Source: Vulcanimicrobiota bacterium (GTDB lineage: Bacteria > Vulcanimicrobiota > Xenobia > Xenobiales > QWHO01). From it: a stretch of 64,000 nt of DNA. The notes under the pieces are model-generated. The model saw nothing but the letters and a program-made list of their open reading frames with translations. It had not been told where the DNA came from and did no database searches. Location: the NCBI GenBank assembly GCA_039809865.1, contig JBDHVW010000005.1, positions 10,671 through 74,670 on the forward strand, read 5' to 3'. How positions within the stretch are numbered: position 1 is the first letter of the stretch; every line of letters begins with the position of its first letter. Shown here one piece after another: positions 56,156 through 64,000 of this stretch. The position numbers and the translations under genes were made by a program.

Positions 56156-57211
56156 ATGCAAGTATTACAAGCGCAGGTTCCGGCCCTGAAGACGCTCACA
56201 AGCGCTCAGGGAGCCGCGGAGATGAAACCCGCGGCAGATGCCAACATCGACGACAAAGCTGGCGTCGACCACAATCAACTGGAGTATTACACTCCCGCTC
56301 CCGAAGAGATCGTCCCCGAGGACGTCAAAGCCAAGATCACGACGCCCCTGGCAAACAAGGTGGCGTGTGGCGCTGTGATCGGCTCGGGCGCCTGGCTGGC
56401 GGCCAACATCGTCGCCCAGGCGGTGGGCACCGGCAGCGTTCCTGGCGCAATCGGCGTCGGATTGGGAGCCGTCGCCGCGATGGCCGCGGGACACGTGGCG
56501 GCCGACCTCGGCAGCGGTATCTTCCACCACTGGATCGACAATTATCCGACCTACAAGACGCCGGTGATCGGCGACATGGCTTACGAATTCCAGGTCCACC
56601 ACCACAAGATCCACGACCTCGAGCACGAGACCATCTGGACCAACATGTCGGCGGCGGGCAAGTATATGTGGGCGCCAATGCTGGCCGTGGCGGCCACCGG
56701 CCCCCACTGGGCCATCCAGGCCTTCACGCTCGGCATGACCGGCGGCTCGTTCATCGCTCAGGGCTCGCACCGCTGGACGCACGAGAAGAACCCGCCCGCC
56801 ATCGCCAAGGTGCTGCAGAAGCTGCACATCACCCAGTCCAAGGAGAGCCACGCCATCCACCACAAGATGCCGTGGGCCGACAACTACTGCATCGTCAACG
56901 GCATGTGGAACCCGTTGCTCTCCAAGACGCACTTCTTCCGCAAGTGGGAGAAGCTGATCTTCGACGTCACCGGCAAGGAGCCGCACTGCTGGCAGGATCC
57001 CGGCGTGAAGGCCTTCGCCAAGGGCGAGATTACCGAGAGCCAGTTCCTGGCCGACCAGGGCATCAACCGCAAGATCTTCCGCGGCATCGTGAAGGGACAG
57101 TTCGACGCCGAGTACGAGCGCCGGCAGGCCCTGCGCCAGGCCAAACGCGACGAGATCGAAGCCAGGATCGAGGCCCGCACCCACAAGCCCGAGGACCTGG
57201 CCAAACACTAA
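56156..57211 (+). CDS. TMEM189/CarF-like (Kua domain) lipid desaturase
   Basis: Histidine boxes typical of plasmanylethanolamine desaturase CarF/TMEM189 (FHHWID, QVHHHKIH, HRWTHE, HAIHH) plus TM segments. Confidence 0.7.
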   Translation: MQVLQAQVPALKTLTSAQGAAEMKPAADANIDDKAGVDHNQLEYYTPAPEEIVPEDVKAKITTPLANKVACGAVIGSGAWLAANIVAQAVGTGSVPGAIGVGLGAVAAMAAGHVAADLGSGIFHHWIDNYPTYKTPVIGDMAYEFQVHHHKIHDLEHETIWTNMSAAGKYMWAPMLAVAATGPHWAIQAFTLGMTGGSFIAQGSHRWTHEKNPPAIAKVLQKLHITQSKESHAIHHKMPWADNYCIVNGMWNPLLSKTHFFRKWEKLIFDVTGKEPHCWQDPGVKAFAKGEITESQFLADQGINRKIFRGIVKGQFDAEYERRQALRQAKRDEIEARIEARTHKPEDLAKH

Positions 57212-57287
57212 GACTTCTCACTGGCCCCTTTGGAAAAGCCGGGACGTGTCAAAGCGTCGCGGCTTTTCGCTTTGGGCGCGAGCCTCC

Positions 57288-58358
57288 TCAGGGCGCTTCC
57301 CGAAAGCGAATGGCCAGCACCACCACGTCGTCGTCCTGCTGCCCGCCCGTCAGCTTGAAAAGGCGGTCGGTCAGCTCGCTGACGGGGCGCGAGCACTCGG
57401 CCAGCAGCGTCTTCTTCACCGGCTCCTCGCCCAGGCGGCCGGCCCCCGGGACCGGAGCGTTCGTCAGCCCGTCGGTATAGCACAGGAACACGTCACCCGG
57501 GGACACCTCGAAGGAGTCTTCCGTCAGTGCCAGCTCGGGCGCCACTCCCAGGGGCAGGCCCTGGCCCACCACCTCGGTCAACTCGCCGTTGCGGCAGAGG
57601 TAGGCCGGCTCGTGACCCGCATTACAGCAGGTCAGGCGCCCGGAGGGCCCGTCGTACTGGGCCGCCAGGCAGGTCACGAACATCGAGTCGGGCAGAAACG
57701 GCCCCAGGCGCTCCTGAACCATTGTCAGCAGGTGGGCAGGGCCCGTGCAGCGCGGCATGGTCTCCTCGAAGAGACCGCGCAGCACGCTCACGACCAGGGC
57801 GGCCGATGGGCCTTTGCCGGAAACATCGGCCAGCACGAGCGCGGTGCCGTTGCTCATGTTGCGCACGTCGAAGAAGTCGCCTCCCAGCGCGAACGCCACC
57901 TCGAAGCGCACCGAGCCTTCGACCCAGCGCAGTCCGCTCAGGTCCGAGCGCAGCAGGGCCAGCTGCACTCCCCGCGCGTCCGTCAAGGCCTGCTCGAGAC
58001 GCTGCTGCGTCTCGTGCAGCTGGGCCCGGCTTTCCTCGACCTGTTGCAGGTAGGCGCGTTGAGCCGCCGCGCCCATCCCCAGCACCACCCACTGCACCAC
58101 GGTCAGCGCGTCGTTGGAAAGATACAGTAAATCCTCGCGCAGCGAGGGCTCCTTGATGAACGTGGCGCCCAGATCCACGAGGGTGCACATGGCGGTGGTC
58201 CACATGACGCCCGGAATGCCGCCCGTCCAACCGCCGGCCAGGATGACCAGGGCGTAGCAGAGGGAGAGGTTGATATTGAGCCCGATTTGGTAATCGACCA
58301 GACCGATCAGCAGCGTGACCAGAACGAGGGCCAGCCGGATCAGCCGTTCGCGGCTCAC
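57288..58358 (-). CDS. PP2C-family serine phosphatase (SpoIIE/RsbU-like) with N-terminal membrane segments
   Basis: 356 aa. The N-terminal 2-3 TM helices precede a PP2C domain (FALGGDFFDV...ALVLADVSGKG...CNAGHEPAYL...YTDGLTN). ATGA overlap with the upstream coiled-coil gene. Confidence 0.8.
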   Translation of the reverse strand: MSRERLIRLALVLVTLLIGLVDYQIGLNINLSLCYALVILAGGWTGGIPGVMWTTAMCTLVDLGATFIKEPSLREDLLYLSNDALTVVQWVVLGMGAAAQRAYLQQVEESRAQLHETQQRLEQALTDARGVQLALLRSDLSGLRWVEGSVRFEVAFALGGDFFDVRNMSNGTALVLADVSGKGPSAALVVSVLRGLFEETMPRCTGPAHLLTMVQERLGPFLPDSMFVTCLAAQYDGPSGRLTCCNAGHEPAYLCRNGELTEVVGQGLPLGVAPELALTEDSFEVSPGDVFLCYTDGLTNAPVPGAGRLGEEPVKKTLLAECSRPVSELTDRLFKLTGGQQDDDVVVLAIRFREAP

Positions 58359-61009
58359 TCGATGGGAAGCTCGAGGACCTCGCGCATGATCTTCATTCGC
58401 TCGGCCAGGTTGGGCCGATCGCGGAACTGCTCGGCCAGCTTCGTGAGCATCTGCGGGTCGCAGCTACGCAACTTCTCGCGCAGCGTCACCAGCCGGGCGA
58501 AGACGAGGTTGATCTCGGACTGCACGCTGTCGAGGGTCTCGCGCGCTTCCACCGAGCTGGCCAGGGCGTGCAACCGCTCGCGCGTCATTTCCTCGACGTC
58601 TTCCTCGCGTTGCCGCAGCTTGTCGCGCAGGTTCTCGTTCCGGTCTTGCTGGGCCCGGAGCTGCTCTTTGAGGCCCCGCTCGGCATCCGATAGCGACCAG
58701 CCCTTCTGCACGGCCTCCTGCATCTCGGCCCGAGAAATGGCCAGCTGGGTCTCGAGCTCGGTCCGCTGGCTGTCGAGGCGGTCCACCAGCTCCTGAAGCC
58801 TGGCCAGCTGGCTGTCCTTGTCGGACAACTTCTGAGCCAGCTCTCCGCTTTTGCTGAGGGCCTCCTGCCGCACTTTCTCTTGCTCGGCGTCCCGGGCCAC
58901 CAGCTCGTCCTTGTCGTGGGCCACCGTGGTGCGGAGCTTGAGCACCTCCGACTCGAGCCTCTCGCCAGCGCTATACGCCTCGAGCAGCTTGAGGCGGTTC
59001 GCGGCCAGCTCCGCTTCGAGATGGGAGACCTTCTGGCGCGTCTTGAGCAGGTCGGCCTTGACCGTGGCTTCGGGCAGCTTGGACAGGTCGTCCGCCAGCG
59101 CCGTCTCGAGGTCCTCGGCCAGTGTCTCGGCGGCTTTGGCGCGCGAGCGCTCCTCCACGACATCCGACTCGAGCTGGCGCACGCGCCTGATCAGGCCTTC
59201 GGGGTCTTGCACCGAGTCGACCAGCTTCTGCAGGCCTTCCACCAGTTTGCGGGTTTTCTCGAGCTCCTCGCGGGCCTTGATCAGCTGGCGCTCTTGCTCG
59301 GGATCCTTCTTGGGCGCCTTCTCTAACTCGGCGACCCGCTCGGTGAGCTCCTTGACGCGCTTCTTCTCGGCGATGGCGTCGCCCGAATGCTGGCGGTTCT
59401 CTTCCTCGAGCTCGGCGTAGGCGGCTTCCAGGTCGGCGCGCTCTTGTTGGAGGTCGGCGTACATCCTCTCCTTAGACTCCAACTCGCCCTGGATCGTTTC
59501 CAGGGTGGCGGTCATGCTCTGAATTTCATCTTCCAGGGCGATCCGGGCCTCGGCGTCCGCCGCAGCCTCAGCGCGAGTCTTGGCCAGCTCGGCCTCCAGG
59601 CCGGCCAGTTTTTCGCCCAGCTCGCGCCGGATGGATTCGCGGGCCGCCTCGAGCTCGCTGACCGCGGAGCTCTTCTCCTCGAGCCTGGCCAGATCGTCAT
59701 TGCGGACGAGCATCACCTCGCGGTGGGCCTGGCGCTCGGCGGTCAGGTCGGCATCCAGATCGGCGACCCGCTGCTCGAGCTGCGCGATGCGCTCGTTGGC
59801 GAACACCAGCCGCGCCTCGCGCTCTTTCAGCTCGGCCTGCCGATGCGACAGATCCTGCTGCAGATGGCGCAGCTGGGCCTCGCCGCGGTTGATGATGCCT
59901 TCGAGGTTCTGAGTGCGGGCCCGCTGCTCGGCCAGGGCGCCGGCCGAGCTGTTGGAGCTCTCCTCGAGTGAGACGGAGCGCTCGCGCAGGAAGCTCAGCT
60001 CGCGGTCGGCCTCGGCCAGCAACTGTCCCAGCTCGCGTGCCCGCTCCGACTGCGACAGCGTCGCCTGCTGGAGCTTTTCGCTCTGGGCCAGGCGGCGCTC
60101 CAGTTCGGACACGTTGCTGTGGGACCGGCCCAGCTCGCCCTGCAGGTCGCCCAGCTTGCGTTGCAGCTCGTCGCGCTCGACTTTGAGCTTGGCCGCCTCG
60201 GTGCGGGTGCGCTCGAAGTCCGCCGTGAGGCGCTTGGGCTCTTCCAGCGCCCCGGCCAGCTCGGCCTCGAGCTTGCCGATGCGGCCCATCGCCTGCTCCA
60301 AACGCACGCTGACGCGACCCTCCTGGGCGCGGGCCTCGGATAAGCGGGCCGTCAGGCGCGACACTTCCTCGCGGGCCTCCTGCCCCATCGCCTCGAGCGC
60401 GGTGGGCTCGGCGACCGCCAGCTGCCCCTTCTCTTCCTCCAGCTCCTCGATGCGTTTCTGGCGGCTCTCCAGCTCGGCGCTGAGCACCTGCTCGGCCTCG
60501 CGGGCGTGCTGGAGCTTCTTCTCCAGGTCTTCGAGCCGGGCCAGCCGCGCTCGGGCCTCCTCCAGCTCGGTCTGCCCGCCCTGGAGCACCTCCAGTTGAG
60601 CTTTCAGAGCTTTGGATTCTTTGTCACGCTTGGCCAGCCGGGCCTTGACGTCGGCCAGCTCGGTCTGGCTGGCCTCCAGCTCGCTCTTGCGTTTCTCGAG
60701 CTCCTCGAGCAGCTCGGGCGAGCCCGCTCCGCCGCCCCCGGCCTCGAGCTTGGCCTGCAACGCCTTGAGCTTCTTGCCACGGGCTTTGAGCTGGTCGTTG
60801 AGCTCTTTATTCTGCTGCTCGAGCTTGAGATTGTGCTCGTCGAGCTCGTCGACCTGGTCCTCGAGCTCGTCGATCTTGTCCTGATTGGCTTCGAGCTGAT
60901 CCTCGAGCTCCTCGATGCGGTCCTCGGCCGCTTCCAACGCCTTCTTCAGCTTGGAGTCAAGGTCGACCGATTTTACGGCAGGGGCGGCTGTCGCCTTCTT
61001 AGTAGCCAT
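58355..61009 (-). CDS. large coiled-coil protein (884 aa)
   Basis: Almost entirely heptad-type E/L/R/K/A/Q-rich sequence with no globular catalytic motif; translationally coupled to the PP2C gene. Confidence 0.75.
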   Translation of the reverse strand: MATKKATAAPAVKSVDLDSKLKKALEAAEDRIEELEDQLEANQDKIDELEDQVDELDEHNLKLEQQNKELNDQLKARGKKLKALQAKLEAGGGGAGSPELLEELEKRKSELEASQTELADVKARLAKRDKESKALKAQLEVLQGGQTELEEARARLARLEDLEKKLQHAREAEQVLSAELESRQKRIEELEEEKGQLAVAEPTALEAMGQEAREEVSRLTARLSEARAQEGRVSVRLEQAMGRIGKLEAELAGALEEPKRLTADFERTRTEAAKLKVERDELQRKLGDLQGELGRSHSNVSELERRLAQSEKLQQATLSQSERARELGQLLAEADRELSFLRERSVSLEESSNSSAGALAEQRARTQNLEGIINRGEAQLRHLQQDLSHRQAELKEREARLVFANERIAQLEQRVADLDADLTAERQAHREVMLVRNDDLARLEEKSSAVSELEAARESIRRELGEKLAGLEAELAKTRAEAAADAEARIALEDEIQSMTATLETIQGELESKERMYADLQQERADLEAAYAELEEENRQHSGDAIAEKKRVKELTERVAELEKAPKKDPEQERQLIKAREELEKTRKLVEGLQKLVDSVQDPEGLIRRVRQLESDVVEERSRAKAAETLAEDLETALADDLSKLPEATVKADLLKTRQKVSHLEAELAANRLKLLEAYSAGERLESEVLKLRTTVAHDKDELVARDAEQEKVRQEALSKSGELAQKLSDKDSQLARLQELVDRLDSQRTELETQLAISRAEMQEAVQKGWSLSDAERGLKEQLRAQQDRNENLRDKLRQREEDVEEMTRERLHALASSVEARETLDSVQSEINLVFARLVTLREKLRSCDPQMLTKLAEQFRDRPNLAERMKIMREVLELPIE

Positions 61010-61175
61010 CTGTCCGCCAGCGGGAGAGTGGGGCTGGCGTTATGCCGAGGTAGCAATATAACACGATCCTGGAGGCGGTTCTCGAGCGAATTTCGAAAAA
61101 GATTCGACTTCTTTCGACCCTGTCCTTTCGGAGCATTCGAGGAATCGCGAAGGCCGCGCGAGAAGGCGCGAAGCC

Positions 61176-62348
61176 ATGTCCTTCGAGCACGAGTGGGAGC
61201 TGCCCAATGGCCAAAAGGTGCGCATGCGCCTGGCCGGCCTGCCCGATCTGGAGACCGTGCGCGGCCTCTACTTCGCGACGTACGGCGACCGCTACGGGCT
61301 GGCCGAGGTCGCCGACCCGGAAGAGACCCGCCGCGCGCTCACGAGCGAACGCATCATCTGGCTCCTGGCGGAGTGCGACGGGAAGGTCGCCGCCTCGCTC
61401 ATCATCGCCATCGCGCCCGAGAACCGGCTGGGTAAGAGCTTTGGAGGGATCGTCCATCCCGACTTCCGCGGTCAGAAGATCATGGAGGGCATGCTCAAGC
61501 GGGCGTTGGAGCACCTCATGGTCGAGGGCGGGCCGTTCGACATGATCTACGCCGTGGTCCGCACGTTCATCTCGCTCGAGTTTCACAACGATCTGCGGAA
61601 ACTCGGATTCGTGGATACGGGCATTTTCCCCAATGTCCGGAAGGTGCAGCGCTACGAAACCCACGGCCTCAAGGTCTGTCTCGGTCCCGAGGGCCTGGCG
61701 CGCCGCCGGCGCACGCCTCGTCTCATCCCTCAGGCGCATACCCTCTACGAGATCGTGCGCAGTCGCCTGGGCCTGGAGACGAACCGCATCGTGCCGGTGC
61801 GGCTGCCTCCGTTCACCGGCCGCCGGGCCGAGTTGACGGTGCGCACGGACGCTCAAGATCTGGAGAAGATCCAGTTTCTGCATTCGACCACGCGGAACAT
61901 GGTGTATGACTTCTTCCCCCTGCACCATCCCAACCTGATCCTGGCGGACTCGACCAGTAAAACCAGGGTTTTCTTGAATGTGCAGCCGAAAGACGGTCAC
62001 GCCACCGTGGTCGGTCTGACCTCCGAGGAGAAGGACCGGGTGGCTGTGCTGAACTCGGTGGGCGATCAATGCGAGGCGATGGGGGTGGTCTATCTCGAGC
62101 TGCTCGTCAGCGCCTACGAGCCGGAGCTGCAAGCTCAGGCCTACCAGGCCGGTTTCTTACCCTGCGCGTACTTTCCGGCCGCCCGCCTGAACCGCCAGGG
62201 CGAGCGCGAGGATTACCTGGTGACCTCCAAGACGTTCGTCCCGCTCCATTTCCGTGGCTTACGCTTGACCGAGGACGCCAAGCCGTTTCTGCTGGAGTTC
62301 TTCAAGCTCTATACCTCCAGTCTCTGGGAAGAGCTGATGGATGCCTGA
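61176..62348 (+). CDS. GNAT family N-acetyltransferase with ~230-aa C-terminal extension
   Basis: N-terminal GNAT motif A (GGIVHPDFRGQKIMEGMLKRALEHL). The C-terminal domain is unrecognised. Confidence 0.65.
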   Translation: MSFEHEWELPNGQKVRMRLAGLPDLETVRGLYFATYGDRYGLAEVADPEETRRALTSERIIWLLAECDGKVAASLIIAIAPENRLGKSFGGIVHPDFRGQKIMEGMLKRALEHLMVEGGPFDMIYAVVRTFISLEFHNDLRKLGFVDTGIFPNVRKVQRYETHGLKVCLGPEGLARRRRTPRLIPQAHTLYEIVRSRLGLETNRIVPVRLPPFTGRRAELTVRTDAQDLEKIQFLHSTTRNMVYDFFPLHHPNLILADSTSKTRVFLNVQPKDGHATVVGLTSEEKDRVAVLNSVGDQCEAMGVVYLELLVSAYEPELQAQAYQAGFLPCAYFPAARLNRQGEREDYLVTSKTFVPLHFRGLRLTEDAKPFLLEFFKLYTSSLWEELMDA

Positions 62349-63006
62349 CCTCGAGCGCGCCGAGCGGCTCGCGCGCCGTCTGAAGGGGGCCACCGCGACT
62401 CTGCTCGGCGGTCGGGCCGCTTTCACTTACCGCCCCTCCACCCACCGCATGTTCTTGCGGGCGATGCGCGAGTCGTTCGCCCATCACTACCTGCACAACC
62501 CGGCCTACCGCGAGCTCTGCGAGAGCGCGCCCTGGCATGTGCGCCAGCTCTCCGACCTGTCCCGGCTTCCTACCGTCGTGCTCCCGACCGGAGACCGGAG
62601 CCTGCTGGAGCTGGAGGGATTGCCCTGGGACGGCCGTTCCATCCGGCGCCTGCGCAAGCTCGTGCGCCATGTCTTCGGCGCGCTGGGGCTGTCGGACCGC
62701 CGCCGCACCCATTTCCTCTCGCGCGAGATTCCGCTGCCGGAGTTGCTGCGCAAGGCCCGCTGGCTGGCCGGCGAGCGCCGGCTCTTCTGGCCCCTGACCC
62801 ACGGCGTGCCCTACTGCGCGTGCGAGGAGGGGTCCTTTCACGTGCCGCGCTATGCGCACGTGGACGTGCAGGCGGATGGCCGTCTGCGGCTGTTCTCTCC
62901 CTGGCCGCACTCCTTTACCGGTCTCTCGGTGCTGGCGGACGAGCGTGCCGAGCGGCTGCGCGCCTGTGCCTGCGGGCTTCGCGCCCCCGCCTTCCGCCTG
63001 TTGTGA
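62341..63006 (+). CDS. hypothetical protein
   Basis: 221-aa ORF overlapping the GNAT gene by 8 nt. Natural composition; I recognise no domain. Confidence 0.5.
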   Translation: MPDLERAERLARRLKGATATLLGGRAAFTYRPSTHRMFLRAMRESFAHHYLHNPAYRELCESAPWHVRQLSDLSRLPTVVLPTGDRSLLELEGLPWDGRSIRRLRKLVRHVFGALGLSDRRRTHFLSREIPLPELLRKARWLAGERRLFWPLTHGVPYCACEEGSFHVPRYAHVDVQADGRLRLFSPWPHSFTGLSVLADERAERLRACACGLRAPAFRLL

Positions 63007-63138
63007 ACACGGCCGCAAAAGACGGCAATGTAGTTTACACAGAGTTAACTGAACATCATGTTACCTTTCAGCCATTTTTCAGGGATACTGAGGTCACAAC
63101 AGCAACGCACCAAAAAAAACAAACGGAGGACTTTCCAA

Positions 63139-63336
63139 ATGCCCGTAGCACTGCTCGCCGCCGCCACCATCGTTCCCCAGGTCATGGGCCTCGTTCAGAC
63201 GGGTATGATGATGCACTCCAACAATCAGAATCAAGAGCAGATGATGGCCCTCCTCAAAGGCGGGCAGGGCGCCCAGCAAGGCCTCGGCGGCGTCACCGGC
63301 AACCCCGTCGAGGGTGGCGGGACCTACGCGGTCTAG
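63139..63336 (+). CDS. small hypothetical protein (65 aa; hydrophobic N-terminus, Met/Gln/Asn/Gly-rich)
   Basis: ATG 63139 with GGAGG 8 nt upstream; an AT-rich segment lies upstream and a rho-independent terminator immediately downstream. Confidence 0.45.
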   Translation: MPVALLAAATIVPQVMGLVQTGMMMHSNNQNQEQMMALLKGGQGAQQGLGGVTGNPVEGGGTYAV

Positions 63337-63356
63337 AGCGCTCGGCTCCAGCCAGA

Positions 63357-63383
63357 AAGGCCTCCTGCGGGAGGCTTTTTTGT
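63357..63383 (+). terminator. rho-independent terminator
   Basis: GGCCTCC-TGCG-GGAGGC hairpin followed by TTTTTTG, 20 bp after the stop of the small ORF. Confidence 0.65.
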
Positions 63384-63406
63384 TGAGCGCGGGAAGGAAA
63401 GCCCTA

Positions 63407-64000
63407 TGCTGTGTATCCGTTGCGGCTATGACAATCGCGAAGGCACCAATTACTGCTCCAAATGCAACGCCAAGATGCTGGCCATGGCGCCCGTAGGGGT
63501 TCCCGGCGGCACGGGCGGCCTGGAGATGGATGAGAACACGACTTACATCACTCCCCAGCAGCGCTTCGTTACGGAATACATCTTCAACCTGAGCAACCGG
63601 GCCTACGAATATCTGCACCTGGGCGAGCCCGGGGAGCCCCTGCTCGAAGCCTTCGAGGTCGTCAAGCAGAAGGTCGACGAGTTCGAGTTCAACGCCATGC
63701 CCGACATCCTCAACGATCTGAAGGCCGAGCGCAACGACGACCCGGACAACGAATATCCCAAGCAGGTGCTTTACCTGGTCAACAAAGGCGTGGCGCTCTA
63801 CCGGGAAGGGATCGCCCAGTTCGAGTCCTTCGTGGCCTCGGGCGACGAGCCCACGCTGGTCGAGGCGGTGCACAAGATGCAGGACGCCAACGACAACCTT
63901 TGCCTGGCCTACCAGATGGTGGGAACGCGCAACAAGATGCTCGAGGAGAACCTTCGCCGGGCCGAGCTGGCCGAGCGTCAGGCCCAGGCTCAGGCCGCCG
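63407..64000 (+). CDS. zinc-ribbon domain protein (3' end beyond window)
   Basis: ORF from ATG 63407 running to the window end. N-terminal MLCIRCGYDNREGTNYCSKCNAKM is a zinc-ribbon motif; the rest is alpha-helical. Confidence 0.55.

Noticed and set aside
56165-57208. 347-aa minus-strand ORF antisense to the CarF-like desaturase
   Set aside because: Low-complexity translation; the plus-strand frame contains four conserved histidine boxes.

Overview
This is a 64-kb, very GC-rich (~70%) bacterial chromosomal window. Coding density is high, and many genes overlap by 4 nt (ATGA stop/start), which suggests translational coupling. I saw no rRNA, tRNA, CRISPR array or obvious mobile element. A CarF/TMEM189-like lipid desaturase, many ECF/secreted/TAT proteins, a PP2C phosphatase and long coiled-coil proteins suggest a Myxococcota-like organism; that is an inference only.

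Housekeeping genes:
- recA-recX, mscL, thpR, uppP, an AmiC-like amidase, NDH-2 and tatD.

Gene clusters:
- An ECF sigma/anti-sigma/pentapeptide/GT1 operon.
- A sugar-oxidising cluster: an S8 protease with a CBM48-like domain, an MIP channel, a GMC oxidoreductase, a glucose 1-dehydrogenase-like MDR and a GH63-like hydrolase.
- An acyl-CoA cluster resembling a split aminobenzoyl/salicylyl-CoA monooxygenase-reductase, with enoyl-CoA hydratase, acyl-CoA dehydrogenase and RidA.
- A vapBC pair and a Uma2 endonuclease.

Most unusual locus (43.0-50.4 kb, minus strand): tatD, then a 1469-aa protein with an FtsZ/tubulin-like GTPase N-terminus and an AAA-like ATPase C-terminus, then a paralogous AAA-like ATPase fused to a class III nucleotidyl cyclase, then a small secreted protein and a terminator. 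I propose this as a candidate undescribed NTP-dependent signalling or conflict system.

Other notable points:
- Three otherwise unrelated proteins share a C-terminal (I/V)IGGV(K/R/V)L(R/P)(R/T)R motif.
- A TAT-exported protein is built from seven 16-aa Cys2 repeats.
- Heptamer microsatellite and palindromic operator-like sites lie in intergenic DNA.
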